Below, one piece after another: positions 9,392 through 19,252 of a DNA stretch of 54,723 nucleotides. Source of the DNA: Gemmatimonadota bacterium. Lineage in GTDB: Bacteria; Gemmatimonadota; Gemmatimonadetes; Palauibacterales; Palauibacteraceae. How positions within the stretch are numbered: the first letter of the stretch is position 1; the number at the start of each line of letters is the position of its first letter. Position numbers and translations under genes: made by a program. The stretch lies in assembly GCA_033720355.1 (NCBI GenBank), contig JAWWCR010000003.1, positions 1-54,723 of the forward strand. Reading direction: 5' to 3'. Below the pieces are notes generated by a model. The model searched no databases. It saw nothing but the letters and a program-made list of their open reading frames with translations, and was not told the DNA's origin.

Positions 9392-10051
9392 ATGAGGGAT
9401 ATGAGAGACAGGGACGACAGACTCGAAGTCGAAGAGCTCGAGAACGAGCCGGCCGAGACGGACGACGTGGACGCCGACGACATCGACGAGCCGAGCGGGG
9501 CCGCGGGCCGGAACGAAGAGAATACGGAGGGGCCCGGCGACGGGCTCGACACGCCGGGGCACGTCGACGAGGTCGCACCGCCGCCGGAGGAGGACCTCGA
9601 TGCGGAGGAAGAGCTCGAGCTGCTGCGTGACAGGCATCTGCGGCTCGCGGCCGAGTTCGACAACTACCGGCGCCGCACCCGACAGGAGCTGCTCGCGTCG
9701 GGGGAGGGCGCACGTGCCGATCTGGCCCGCCGGCTGCTCGAGATCATCGACGATCTGAACCGGGTCGCCGAGGCGCCGTGCGACCCCGAACAGCACCAGG
9801 CGATGCACGACGGCGTCGGCCTCATCGCCCGAAAGCTCGTGAAGACGCTCGGCGACGCCGGGATGGAGCCCGTGGATCCGCTCGGCGAGCGCTTCGACCC
9901 GAACTTCCACGAAGCGCTCATCCTCACGCCGACCGACGACCCCGAGCTCGACGAGACGGTCTCGCAGGTCCTGCTCACGGGGTATCGGCTGGGCGATCGG
10001 CTCCTGCGCCCCGCGCAGGTGGCGGTCTACCGGCACGAAGACGAGGAGTGA
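9392..10051 (+). CDS. grpE: Nucleotide exchange factor GrpE
   Basis: Acidic N-terminus, then RLAAEFDNYRRRT and a GrpE C-terminal beta domain (..GYRLGDRLLRPAQVAV). Start uncertain: 9353 GTG, or 9392 or 9401 ATG. Confidence 0.9.
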   Translation: MRDMRDRDDRLEVEELENEPAETDDVDADDIDEPSGAAGRNEENTEGPGDGLDTPGHVDEVAPPPEEDLDAEEELELLRDRHLRLAAEFDNYRRRTRQELLASGEGARADLARRLLEIIDDLNRVAEAPCDPEQHQAMHDGVGLIARKLVKTLGDAGMEPVDPLGERFDPNFHEALILTPTDDPELDETVSQVLLTGYRLGDRLLRPAQVAVYRHEDEE

Positions 10052-10080
10052 CCGTGTTCGGGGTGCGGGACGTCTGACCT

Positions 10081-11184
10081 ATGGCGACGCGTACGAAGGA
10101 CCACTACGAGACCCTGGGTGTCGCCGAGAACGCGTCCCCGGACGAGATCAAGAAGGCGTATCGGAAGCTCGCCAAGAAGTACCACCCCGACGCGAACCCG
10201 GGGAATCCGCAGGCGGCCGAGCGCTTCAAGGAGATTTCCGAGGCGCACGGCGTCCTGTCGGACTCCGAGAAGCGGAAGAAGTACGACCAGATTCGGAAGT
10301 ACGGGGGGCTCGGCGCGTTCACGTCGCGTCCGGCGTCGGGCGGGACCGGCGATGGCCGGGGGTTCAAGTTCGACGACCTCGGCGATCTGGGCGGGATCGG
10401 CGACATCTTCTCGTCCATCTTCGATTTCGGCGGGAAGAAGACCCAGAAGAAGCCCGGTCAGCCGACGCGCGGCCGGCACGTCGAATACCTCGTGGAGATC
10501 CCCCTGAAGACGGCGGTCCGGGGCGGCAAGGTCCGCGTGACAGTCCCGATCAACGAGGAGTGCTCGACCTGTGACGGCACGGGTGCGAGCCCCGGCACGC
10601 CCCTGGGCGAGTGCGCGGAGTGCGGCGGGAAGGGCGAGGTCATTTTCGGGCAGGGCGGGTTCTCGGTGACCCGGCCGTGTCCCGCGTGTCTCGGCCGCGG
10701 CAAGGTGCCGGAGACCCCCTGCCCGACCTGTGGCGGGCGCGGTCAGGCGCGACGCAGCAAGAAGCTGAGCGTCAACGTCCCCTCCGGCGTGGAGTCGGGT
10801 TCGAAGATTCGTCTGTCGGGGCAGGGCGAGCGCGGGCCCGGGGGAGGCAAGTCCGGCGATCTGATCATCAAGTTCCGGGTCAGAAAGGATCGGTTCTTCA
10901 CACGGGAGGGGATGAACCTCGCCTGCGAGGTGCCGATCAACGTCGCTCAGGCGATTCTCGGCTCGAAGATCAAGGTTCGCACGATCGACGGGAAGAAGGT
11001 CGTGCTGACCATTCCGCCGAACACGCAGAGCGGAACGACGTTCCGGGTGCGCGGGCAGGGTGTTCACAAGGGCGAGCACCACGGCGATCAGCTCGTGCGG
11101 GTGAAGGTCGAGACGCCGGAGCTGTCGGCGGAGGGAAAACAGGCCATGGAGGAGCTGGCGGCGAAGGAGGGTCTCCGGCACTGA
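10081..11184 (+). CDS. dnaJ: Molecular chaperone DnaJ
   Basis: J-domain with HPD ([10 protein letters not shown]), a G/F-rich linker and four CxxCxGxG zinc-finger repeats ([32 protein letters not shown]). Confidence 0.9.
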   Translation: MATRTKDHYETLGVAENASPDEIKKAYRKLAKKYHPDANPGNPQAAERFKEISEAHGVLSDSEKRKKYDQIRKYGGLGAFTSRPASGGTGDGRGFKFDDLGDLGGIGDIFSSIFDFGGKKTQKKPGQPTRGRHVEYLVEIPLKTAVRGGKVRVTVPINEECSTCDGTGASPGTPLGECAECGGKGEVIFGQGGFSVTRPCPACLGRGKVPETPCPTCGGRGQARRSKKLSVNVPSGVESGSKIRLSGQGERGPGGGKSGDLIIKFRVRKDRFFTREGMNLACEVPINVAQAILGSKIKVRTIDGKKVVLTIPPNTQSGTTFRVRGQGVHKGEHHGDQLVRVKVETPELSAEGKQAMEELAAKEGLRH

Positions 11185-11235
11185 TCCGCCGGGTCGTCGC
11201 GTCGGCCCCCGGGTCGGTGCGCCCGCGCGGTCGCT

Positions 11236-12330
11236 TCAGTCCCCTCGGCGGATCACCCCGCCGCCCACCACGACGTCGTCCCGGTAGAGGACGGCACTCT
11301 GGCCGGGTGTGACCGCCGACTGCGGGGCGGCGAGCCGCAGCGCGAAGGACTCGCCCGACCGACGCGTGACGGTCGCGTCGACGATCGGGGCCCCGTGTCG
11401 GATCCGCACCCCGAGCGATTCGCCCGTGGCAGGCGGGTCGGCGAGCCAGTTCACCGCGCCCGCCTCGAGGCTCGAGCGCGCCAGCGACTCGCGGGGACCG
11501 ACCACGACCGTACGTTCCGCCGGCCGGATCTCGAGGACGAACATCGGTTCGGGGAATCCACCCGGGAGCCCCTTCCGCTGCCCCACCGTGAAGTGTGCGT
11601 ACCCCCCGTGCTCGCCTACCGCGCGGCCGTCCTCGAGCACGAAGGCGCCCGGAATCAGGGCGGGGTGGTCGTCGGGCAGGTACCGGCGCAGCACCCCCGC
11701 GTAGTCGTTGTCGGGGACGAAGCAGATCTCGTACGACTCGGCCTTCTCGGCCGTATCGAGCCCGATTCGCGCCGCCTCCTCCCGGACCTCCGACTTGGTC
11801 AGATCGCCGAGCGGCAACAACAGCGAGTCGAGCGACGAGCGAGGGATCCCCCACAGGAAGTACGTCTGGTCTTTCCGGTCGTCGCGGGCCCGGCAGAGGT
11901 GAGCGACGCCGTCGATCCGCCGGATGCGGCCGTAGTGTCCCGTCGCGACGTGCGAGCATCCCAGGTCGTTCGCCCGGCGAACCAGATCGCGGAACTTCGT
12001 GAAGCTGTTGCAGCGGACGCAGGGGATCGGCGTGCGACCGGCCGCGTATTCCGTGACGAAGTCGTCGATGACGTCGTGCGCGAACGTCGACTCGACATCG
12101 TATACGAAGTGCGGGACGTCGAGCTGGGCCGAGACCGACTTCGCGTCGGCGATGCCCTCGAGACCGCAGCAGGTGCGCGACGGCCCGTCGACCGCCGAAT
12201 AGCAGAACGTCTTGAGCGTGGCCCCGATCACCCTGTGCCCCGACCGGGCGAGGATGGCCGCCGCGAGCGACGAATCGACGCCCCCCGACATGGCGACGAG
12301 GACCGGAGCCGTTGAACCGGGTGCGATCAT
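11236..12330 (-). CDS. mnmA: tRNA 2-thiouridine(34) synthase MnmA
   Basis: PP-loop VAMSGGVDSS, catalytic-cysteine context CVRCN, typical length of 364 aa. Confidence 0.95.
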   Translation of the reverse strand: MIAPGSTAPVLVAMSGGVDSSLAAAILARSGHRVIGATLKTFCYSAVDGPSRTCCGLEGIADAKSVSAQLDVPHFVYDVESTFAHDVIDDFVTEYAAGRTPIPCVRCNSFTKFRDLVRRANDLGCSHVATGHYGRIRRIDGVAHLCRARDDRKDQTYFLWGIPRSSLDSLLLPLGDLTKSEVREEAARIGLDTAEKAESYEICFVPDNDYAGVLRRYLPDDHPALIPGAFVLEDGRAVGEHGGYAHFTVGQRKGLPGGFPEPMFVLEIRPAERTVVVGPRESLARSSLEAGAVNWLADPPATGESLGVRIRHGAPIVDATVTRRSGESFALRLAAPQSAVTPGQSAVLYRDDVVVGGGVIRRGD

Positions 12331-12337
12331 GGGCCAG

Positions 12338-13528
12338 CTATGCCGTGAGCGCCATCACGCGGGCGGCGACCCGCGCGAGCGCGTCGACGGCCCGATCGAG
12401 ATCGTCGCGCGTCGTCTCGTGCCCGAAGCTGAACCGCAGGGTCGCGTAGGGGAGCTCCGACTCGATCCCCATCGCGGCGAGCACCTTGGAGCCCGCGCCC
12501 GACCCGCTCGAGCAGGCAGACCCGCCCGACACGGCGATGCCCTCGAGATCGAGCGATACGAGGACGGCGCCCGAGTCGCACCCCTCTATGCCCACGCTCG
12601 AGATGTTCGGGAGCCGCTCGGCCGCCTCGTCCGCATGGATGCGGATCCCGGGGATTGCGTCGCGCAGGCGTGCCTCGAAGTGCTCGCGCAGGGCGAGCCA
12701 CCTGGCGGATTCGTCTTCCTGTTCCTCGACCGCCAGACGCAGGGCCGTCGCGAACCCGGCGGCCCCCACGGGGTTCTGCGTTCCCGGCCACATGGAACGC
12801 TCCTGTCCTCCGCCGAAGCTCAGGGGCTCGAGCTCGATGCCCTTGCGGCAATACAGGATCCCGATGCCGACCGGTCCGCCGATCTTGTGAGCGGTCGCGC
12901 TCAACATGTCGACCGGGGTCTCGTCGATCCGTACACGGAGCTTGCCGAGTGCCTGCACGGCATCGGTGTGGACCAGCGCGTCGTGGCCGTGCGCGATCTC
13001 GACGATGCGGTCCATCGGTTGCACCGTCCCGACCTCGTTGTTCGCCCACATGACCGATACCAGCGTGGGCTTTCCCCCGTCGGCGGCGAGCGCCGCGTCG
13101 AGCCACGCGAGGTCGACGGTGCCGCAGGGCGCGACCGGGATCGTGTGGACCCGGACTCCCTCGCCAGCTACATGCCGCGCCGATTCGAGACACGCCTTGT
13201 GCTCGATCTCCGAGACGAAGAGCCGCGCCCCGGCATCCCGACGCGACCGTGCGAACCCGAGGATGGCCAGGTTGTCGGACTGCGTGCCCCCGCCGGTGAA
13301 GTACACACCCGTGCGGTTGCACCCCAGAAGCCCGGCGATCTCGCCACGGGCGACTTCGAGACAGCGATGCGCCCGCCGCCCGAAGGCGTGCGAGCTCGCC
13401 GGGTTGTAGCAGCTCCCGAGCTCGGCCTCCATGGCCGCCCACACTTCGGGGCGCATCGGCGACGTCGCCGCGTGATCCAGATAGATCGTACCGCTGCTTA
13501 TCGTCCTGTCTCCTGTCGGGAGGAACAC
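12338..13528 (-). CDS. Cysteine desulfurase (NifS/IscS class V aminotransferase family)
   Basis: IYLDHAATSP N-terminus, PLP-lysine context SATAHKIGGP, active-site loop SGGSACSSGS. Directly upstream of mnmA. Confidence 0.9.
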   Translation of the reverse strand: MFLPTGDRTISSGTIYLDHAATSPMRPEVWAAMEAELGSCYNPASSHAFGRRAHRCLEVARGEIAGLLGCNRTGVYFTGGGTQSDNLAILGFARSRRDAGARLFVSEIEHKACLESARHVAGEGVRVHTIPVAPCGTVDLAWLDAALAADGGKPTLVSVMWANNEVGTVQPMDRIVEIAHGHDALVHTDAVQALGKLRVRIDETPVDMLSATAHKIGGPVGIGILYCRKGIELEPLSFGGGQERSMWPGTQNPVGAAGFATALRLAVEEQEDESARWLALREHFEARLRDAIPGIRIHADEAAERLPNISSVGIEGCDSGAVLVSLDLEGIAVSGGSACSSGSGAGSKVLAAMGIESELPYATLRFSFGHETTRDDLDRAVDALARVAARVMALTA

Positions 13529-13672
13529 GAACGGGAGGTGTCTCGCCGGGGTTTTTCGGCGGCCTCCCGGAGCCTATTGTGTCGATCGCGACTCCGGCGT
13601 GGCAACCTCTACCGAGGGGTGCCATACCCCGTCGTGCTGACCACGATTCCGACTCCACCAGCCGAAGTCCCG

Positions 13673-14014
13673 ATGCCGTTGGATACATCACGTTTGCCCC
13701 TGCCCGCGGGAGGAGCCCCCGTCTTCCGGGCGACCGTCCATGGGTTACCGTTCGCCGACCGGTCGCGCCACCTCGCGGAGGTGGCGCCTCGCCAGGAACT
13801 GGTCCTGATTCCGGACCCGCCCGGCGCGATCGAGCAGGTCTGGGTCCACGTCCCGGGCGGAGACCCGCTCGGGCACCTGCCCCGCGAGATCGCCGAATGG
13901 CTCGCGCCCTGGATGCGACGAGGCGGGCTCGCGCGCGCCCGTGTGATCAAGGTCGGAGACGAGTCGGTCCCGAGCTGGAAGCGTCTGCTGCTCGAGGTGA
14001 CCTGCGCGACCTGA
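13673..14014 (+). CDS. Small HIRAN-domain-like protein (stand-alone)
   Basis: ATG 13673 in the tail of track ORF 12212..14014. The pattern VHGLPF...L..V.P.QELVLIPDP...I...VWV...G..LGHLPREIAEWLAPWM resembles the HIRAN fold signature. Assigned by eye only. Confidence 0.45.
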   Translation: MPLDTSRLPLPAGGAPVFRATVHGLPFADRSRHLAEVAPRQELVLIPDPPGAIEQVWVHVPGGDPLGHLPREIAEWLAPWMRRGGLARARVIKVGDESVPSWKRLLLEVTCAT

Positions 14015-14034
14015 CCCGCTGAAGACCCGGCGCG

Positions 14035-15252
14035 CTATGCCTGCCCACGCCCGATCAGAGGTCTGATGAGGCGCCTCCATGCGAGCGCGAACCCGGACCA
14101 GACCAGCAGCACCGCCGCGAACGACGCTATCCCCGCGATCGTCTGACCGAGGATCCCGTAGTACTCGCCCGTATGCGCGAACCGTAGATACGACCGGAAC
14201 CGCGCCCGGCGGGGTCGCGCCTCGAACGTGACGTACGCCTCCTCGGCGCCCGTGACCGGATCGAGCCGCAACGTGCTCTGATCTCGCGGTGAACCGCCCC
14301 ACCCGCGGTCGATGCGAAACACGACCGGTGCCCCCGTCTCGTCGGGCAGCGACACGGTGATCGTTCGCCAGTCGTCCACCTTCGACATCGCCGTGGCCAC
14401 GAGCCCATCGGCGCTCGTCACGTCGAACGGGCCCGGCGTCGGTGTCGGATCGGCCCCGGTTTCGGGGGCCGCCCGCGCGGTCGACGCCGAGTCGGGTACG
14501 GGCGGCGCGCGTCCGACGACCCTCACCGAGAAGTCGCCGACCCGCGGGAACGCGATCGTTATGGCGGTGGCGACGACGAGGGCGAGAGGGAGGGCCACCC
14601 AGAACCCGAACACGTTGTGCCAGTTGAAGTCCCGGGCCTTCCCGCGCACGCCGCGCCGGAACAGGAGGATCGGAGCCAGATGACGCCGCGTCCACCCCTT
14701 CGGGACCCACAGGTAGAGCCCGCTGAACACCAGGAAGAGGAAGATCGCGCTGCTCCACCCCGTGGCGGCGCGACCGAACGGCAGCGCGTCTCCGGCGAGC
14801 CCCAATCGGGCGTGCCAGCGCAACACCTCGCGGAAGAAAGCCCGCATCCCGGTCGTGTTCTCGCCACGCACCTCGGCGGTCGACGGGTCGAGGTAGAGCG
14901 TTCTCCCACCCGGGAAGAGAGCGGCGACGGGTCCGTCGGGGTCGGCGTAGAAGACGATGCGCGGGACGTCCGTCTCGGGATCGTAAGACCGGGCGGCCGC
15001 GACGAGTCGCGACAGCGGCGCCCGCTCGCCGATCCGGGACGGCGACGTCCAGTACTGGCGGTCCGACCACTCGGTCATCTGCCTCTGGTACGTCAGCAGC
15101 ACGCCCGTCACGCTCATGATCACGATGACGAGCCCGGCGGTGAGCCCGGAGGCGAGGTGAGTCCAGAAGACGACCTTGCGAAGTGGCAGCGTCACGTCTA
15201 CGGCGTCTGGCCGCCGGTCACATCGATCGGACGTCCAGACCCACGACGTCAT
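14035..15252 (-). CDS. PepSY-associated TM helix domain protein (PiuB-like)
   Basis: N-terminal VVFWTHLASGLTAGLVIVIMSVTGVLLTY, internal WHARLG, C-terminal FAHTGEYYGILGQTIAGIASFAAVLL. GTG 15195 is an alternative start that avoids the overlap with the upstream gene. Confidence 0.75.
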   Translation of the reverse strand: MTSWVWTSDRCDRRPDAVDVTLPLRKVVFWTHLASGLTAGLVIVIMSVTGVLLTYQRQMTEWSDRQYWTSPSRIGERAPLSRLVAAARSYDPETDVPRIVFYADPDGPVAALFPGGRTLYLDPSTAEVRGENTTGMRAFFREVLRWHARLGLAGDALPFGRAATGWSSAIFLFLVFSGLYLWVPKGWTRRHLAPILLFRRGVRGKARDFNWHNVFGFWVALPLALVVATAITIAFPRVGDFSVRVVGRAPPVPDSASTARAAPETGADPTPTPGPFDVTSADGLVATAMSKVDDWRTITVSLPDETGAPVVFRIDRGWGGSPRDQSTLRLDPVTGAEEAYVTFEARPRRARFRSYLRFAHTGEYYGILGQTIAGIASFAAVLLVWSGFALAWRRLIRPLIGRGQA

Positions 15253-15943
15253 CGACGAGCACGGTCTCCTCGGTGTAGAACGGCTCGCCGTAGGGCCGCC
15301 GGATGAGCGAGCCGTAATGCCGCGTCTGGGTCTCGACGCGTTCGAGCAGCGGCTGGCCGGTGGGGAAGATCTCGCCGGCCTGGTCGGCTCCCTCGAACTG
15401 GGAGGCGTAGCAGCGGACGGCGGCGAGCTTCCGCTCGAACTGCTCCTCGTTGAGCGGCACGACGAACGTGGGCTTCACGGGATCCTCCCGGTAGGCGAGC
15501 GCGTACAGGATCTTGTGCGGCCGCGCCGCCGGTCCGCCGTCGTAGTTTCCGAGACCGGCCAGAAAGCACGCGTCGCGACCGAGCTCCGCCGCGATCCGGT
15601 GGTCCGGGTGGCGCCCCACGCGGTAGGGGAGGATGACGACGCGGGGCGCGAGTCGCCGGAGAAAGCCGACGATCGTCTTTCTCGCCTCGTGCGAGTTCTC
15701 GAGGTGAGCGTCGGGCAGCCCCGCGTTCAGCCGTACCGAGATGCCGAGCACCTGCGAGGCTCTCGACGCTTCCTCGGCGCGCCTCTCGGGGGTGCCACGG
15801 GTGGCCGTCTCACCGCGCGTCAGGTCGAGGATCCCGGCGCGGCGCCCGGCGTCGACGGCACGCGCCAGTGTCCCGCCGCACGTGAGCTCGGCGTCGTCGG
15901 GGTGCGCCGCGATCGCGAGAACGTCGACCCGCTCGTCCGTCAC
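15218..15943 (-). CDS. bshB1: PIG-L/LmbE family deacetylase, BshB1-like (bacillithiol biosynthesis deacetylase or conjugate amidase)
   Basis: VLAIAAHPDDAELTCGGT, DLTRGE..TRGT..R..EA and HPDH motifs align well with B. subtilis BshB1 (from memory). Confidence 0.7.
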   Translation of the reverse strand: MTDERVDVLAIAAHPDDAELTCGGTLARAVDAGRRAGILDLTRGETATRGTPERRAEEASRASQVLGISVRLNAGLPDAHLENSHEARKTIVGFLRRLAPRVVILPYRVGRHPDHRIAAELGRDACFLAGLGNYDGGPAARPHKILYALAYREDPVKPTFVVPLNEEQFERKLAAVRCYASQFEGADQAGEIFPTGQPLLERVETQTRHYGSLIRRPYGEPFYTEETVLVDDVVGLDVRSM

Positions 15944-15944
15944 G

Positions 15945-17237
15945 CTATTCGTAGCGGAGCGCGTCGACGGGCTCGAGGGCTGCGGCCCTCGACGCCGGAT
16001 AGAGCCCGAACCCGATGCCGGTGAACGCGGACGCCGCGAGGGCGGCCACGATCGCCCAGATCGGCACGCTCGCGGGCACAGGCGTCCACCGCTCGAGCGC
16101 CCAGACGATCCCCCCTCCGGCGAGGAGGCCCGCCGCCCCGCCGACGAGCGTGAGCGTCGCGGCCTCCACGAGGAACTGCCACATGATGTCGCGCCGTCTG
16201 GCGCCCATCGACTTTCGCAGCCCGATCTCCCTCGTCCGCTCGGTCACCGAGATCATCATGATCCCGATGACTCCGACGCCACCCACGAGGAGCCCCACGC
16301 TCGAGAGCCCGACCATGACGGCGAACAGCGCGCCGGTGAGCTGACCCCACAGATCGACGATCTGGTCCTGCGTCATCACCGCGAAGTCGTCCTCTTCACC
16401 CGGTACCAGCCCGCGGAGGCCGCGCATGCGCGCGTGGACGACGTCGATCGCCGCCTCGAGATCGGTTTGCGGCTCGGGGCGGACGACGAACGTGATCTGG
16501 CGGTCCCACACGTTGAGGTTCTTGTTCGCGGTCTCGAAGGGCAGCATGACCCAGTGCGTCTGGAACCCGGCGAAGAGGTTGGCGGGCGGTCTGTAGACCC
16601 CTATGACGCGGGCGCTCGTCGCGTCGCGCCCGCCGCGGATCCGGATATGCCGGTCGAGCGGGTCGAGACCGCCGAACAGATCGAACGCCGTCGCCGAGTC
16701 GACGACGACCACGTTCGCGCGCCGGTCGGCCTCCGACTGGGTGAACCAGCGGCCATCGATGATGTCGCCGTTGTCGATTTCGAGGAAGTCGGCGCTCACC
16801 CCGTAGAGCGATATCTCGACCTCCGCCGAATGCCACGACGCTTCGTAGCCGGAGCTGCCGAGGTCGACCATCGCCGCGGCGCTCTCGATGCCCGGGAGCG
16901 ACCCGAGGTCCCGAGCCCAGCGGGGGTCGAGCGGGTCGTTCTTGAAGAAGTCGCTCTCCTCCTCCTCGAGGGGACCGTTCGCACCCATCCCGCTCGAGAA
17001 GTCGAAGTGCGCCACGTAGAACGTCGTGATCCCCCGCGACGAGATCATCTCGGTGAAGCTCGAGTTGATCCCGGTGATGACGGCCGCCATCACCATCACC
17101 ACGAGCACGCCGATCGTCACGCCGAGGATCGTCAGGGCGCTGCGGACCTTGTTCGACCCGAGCGAATCGAACGCGACCGCGATCCCCTCGGTGAGGGTCG
17201 AGACGAGGCCCATCCCGCCGCCGATGCGCGAGCTCAT
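15945..17237 (-). CDS. ABC transporter permease, FtsX/MacB-type with large periplasmic domain
   Basis: N-terminal TM helix (ALTILGVTIGVLVVMVMAAV), about 230 aa extracytoplasmic domain, and a C-terminal FtsX 3-TM module with the RTREIGLRKSMGARRRDI motif. Confidence 0.85.
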   Translation of the reverse strand: MSSRIGGGMGLVSTLTEGIAVAFDSLGSNKVRSALTILGVTIGVLVVMVMAAVITGINSSFTEMISSRGITTFYVAHFDFSSGMGANGPLEEEESDFFKNDPLDPRWARDLGSLPGIESAAAMVDLGSSGYEASWHSAEVEISLYGVSADFLEIDNGDIIDGRWFTQSEADRRANVVVVDSATAFDLFGGLDPLDRHIRIRGGRDATSARVIGVYRPPANLFAGFQTHWVMLPFETANKNLNVWDRQITFVVRPEPQTDLEAAIDVVHARMRGLRGLVPGEEDDFAVMTQDQIVDLWGQLTGALFAVMVGLSSVGLLVGGVGVIGIMMISVTERTREIGLRKSMGARRRDIMWQFLVEAATLTLVGGAAGLLAGGGIVWALERWTPVPASVPIWAIVAALAASAFTGIGFGLYPASRAAALEPVDALRYE

Positions 17238-17244
17238 CGCGTCC

Positions 17245-18489
17245 TCATTCCGAGCGCAGCGCCTCGATCGGATCCAGCTTCGAGGCGCGGTAGGCCGGGT
17301 AGATGCCCGACGACACCCCGACCCCCATCCCGAGGACGATCGCGAGCAGGAGCCACGGCAGAGAGACGGTCGCCGGGAGCGGAGAGAAGCGATCGACCAG
17401 GGCGGCGAGGCCGAGTCCGATCCCGATCCCGAGGACCGACCCGACGATCGACAGCGTCGAGGCCTCGGTGAGGAACTGGAAGAGGATGTCCCGCCGCTTC
17501 GCGCCGAGCGACTTGCGGAGACCGATCTCGCGCGTACGGTCGCTCACCGAGAGCAGCATGATGTTCATGATCACGATCCCGCCGACGACGAGAGACACGG
17601 ACACGAGTCCGGGGATCGCCGCGAGCAGGATGGCGTTGATCGTGTTCCACGCGCTCAGCAGGTCGTTCGACGTCTGGAGGTGGAAGTCGTTCTCCTCCGT
17701 CGGCCGCAGACCGCGGTCTCGTCTGAGCGCGCCCTCCACGCTCGCCATCGTCGGCTCCATCTGGCTCTCCGTCTCGACCTTGACGTGGATCTCGTCCACA
17801 CCGTTTCGCCGACGGGAGAGGGTCGCATTGAACGTGGAGAAGGGGATGAGGATCGAAGCGTCGCGTACGTTGCCGATGAACCCGCCCTGTCTCTCGAGGA
17901 CACCGATCACCCGGAAACGCTGCCCCCCCACGCGGATCCGCTTCTCGAGCGGAGAGTTGGTCGGAAAGAGCCTCTCCGCGATCTGGGCCCCGATGACCGC
18001 GACCTTGAGCGCGCGCTGCTCGTCGATCGCGGTGAGTCCGCGTCCCTCCTCGACCTCCCACCCCTGTACGGCCTGGTAGTCCTCGGAGCCCCCGATCACA
18101 CGGATGTTGCGCCTCGAGTTCGACCCGTATCGCACCTCCGGGAAGCCCCGGTCGGCGGAATACGCGACGTACTTCGCGGTCGGCGCGGCTTCCTCGACGA
18201 CGGCGACGTCGCGCAGCAGGAGGTCGGGGTTGCGGGCGGTCCGCCGCCGCTCGGCCTGGTCGATCGAGCCCGTGTTGATCTGCGCGCGGCGCACGACCGA
18301 AAACGTGTTCACGCCGAAGAGCGAGCCCGCGAAGTCTTCGCGGACGTACGTGTTCATCCCCTCCACGATCGTGATGACGGCGATGAGGAAGGTGATGCCG
18401 ATGATGACGCCCACCAGCGAGAAGAACGACTTCAGCTTCTGCGCCCAGATCTGCTGGAGCGCGAGCCGGATCCCCTCCCAGAAGCGCAC
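17245..18489 (-). CDS. ABC transporter permease, FtsX/MacB-type (paralog of the downstream permease)
   Basis: Same architecture as the other permease. RTREIGLRKSLGAKRRDI motif. Confidence 0.85.
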   Translation of the reverse strand: MRFWEGIRLALQQIWAQKLKSFFSLVGVIIGITFLIAVITIVEGMNTYVREDFAGSLFGVNTFSVVRRAQINTGSIDQAERRRTARNPDLLLRDVAVVEEAAPTAKYVAYSADRGFPEVRYGSNSRRNIRVIGGSEDYQAVQGWEVEEGRGLTAIDEQRALKVAVIGAQIAERLFPTNSPLEKRIRVGGQRFRVIGVLERQGGFIGNVRDASILIPFSTFNATLSRRRNGVDEIHVKVETESQMEPTMASVEGALRRDRGLRPTEENDFHLQTSNDLLSAWNTINAILLAAIPGLVSVSLVVGGIVIMNIMLLSVSDRTREIGLRKSLGAKRRDILFQFLTEASTLSIVGSVLGIGIGLGLAALVDRFSPLPATVSLPWLLLAIVLGMGVGVSSGIYPAYRASKLDPIEALRSE

Positions 18490-18504
18490 GGTCTGCCCGG
18501 CTGC

Positions 18505-19245
18505 CTAGAACGGTCGTTCGGTGTGCGCCGCGAACGAGGGGATCTCCGCGTCGTGCGAGGAGATCTTCCCGTCGACGAGCGTGATGACGCGCTGCGAGTG
18601 TGCGGCGATATCGAACTCGTGGGTCACCATGATGATCGTCTGGCCCGCGGCGTGGAGGGATTCGAACACCTGCATGATCTCGTCCGAGGTCGACGAGTCG
18701 AGATTCCCCGTCGGCTCGTCCGCGAGCACGATCGACGGATCGTTCACCAGCGCGCGGGCGATCGCCACGCGCTGCCGCTGACCGCCCGACAGCTCGTTCG
18801 GCCGGTGGTCCATCCGGTCGCCGAGCCCCACGCGCTCGAGCGACAGGGCCGCCCGGCGCTGCCGGTCCTTCGATCCGACGCCCGCGTAGATGAGCGGCAA
18901 CTCGACGTTGTGGAGCGCCGTCGCTCGCGGGAGGAGGTTGAACGTCTGGAAGACGAACCCGATCTCGCGGTTTCGGATCCGGGCGAGCTCGTCGTCGTCG
19001 AGATCCTGGACGGGCTGGCCGTTGAGGATGTATTCGCCCGAGGTGGGCGAATCGAGACACCCGATCAGGTTCATGAGCGTCGACTTGCCCGATCCGGACG
19101 GCCCCATGATGGACACGTACTCGTTGCGGCGGATCTGGACGTCGACGCCGTTGAGGGCCTTCACGGTCTCGGCCCCCATCACGTAATGCTTGTGGAGGTC
19201 GCGGGTCTTGATGACCGCGTCGTCTGGCTGCTGCTGTGTCGTCAT
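18505..19245 (-). CDS. ABC transporter ATP-binding protein (MacB/LolD-like)
   Basis: Walker [10 protein letters not shown], signature LSGGQRQR, Walker [13 protein letters not shown]. Confidence 0.95.
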   Translation of the reverse strand: MTTQQQPDDAVIKTRDLHKHYVMGAETVKALNGVDVQIRRNEYVSIMGPSGSGKSTLMNLIGCLDSPTSGEYILNGQPVQDLDDDELARIRNREIGFVFQTFNLLPRATALHNVELPLIYAGVGSKDRQRRAALSLERVGLGDRMDHRPNELSGGQRQRVAIARALVNDPSIVLADEPTGNLDSSTSDEIMQVFESLHAAGQTIIMVTHEFDIAAHSQRVITLVDGKISSHDAEIPSFAAHTERPF

Positions 19246-19252
19246 TATGGTC

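Noticed and set aside
9300-9400. CIRCE (HrcA) operator upstream of grpE-dnaJ
   Set aside because: No TTAGCACTC-N9-GAGTGCTAA-like inverted repeat is present. grpE also overlaps or abuts the cinA-like gene.
12212-13672. N-terminal ~490 aa of the 600-aa plus-strand ORF opposite the cysteine desulfurase gene
   Set aside because: It is antisense to a clearly conserved NifS/IscS gene. Only the last 113 codons (13673-14014), which lie outside that gene, are kept as a candidate CDS.
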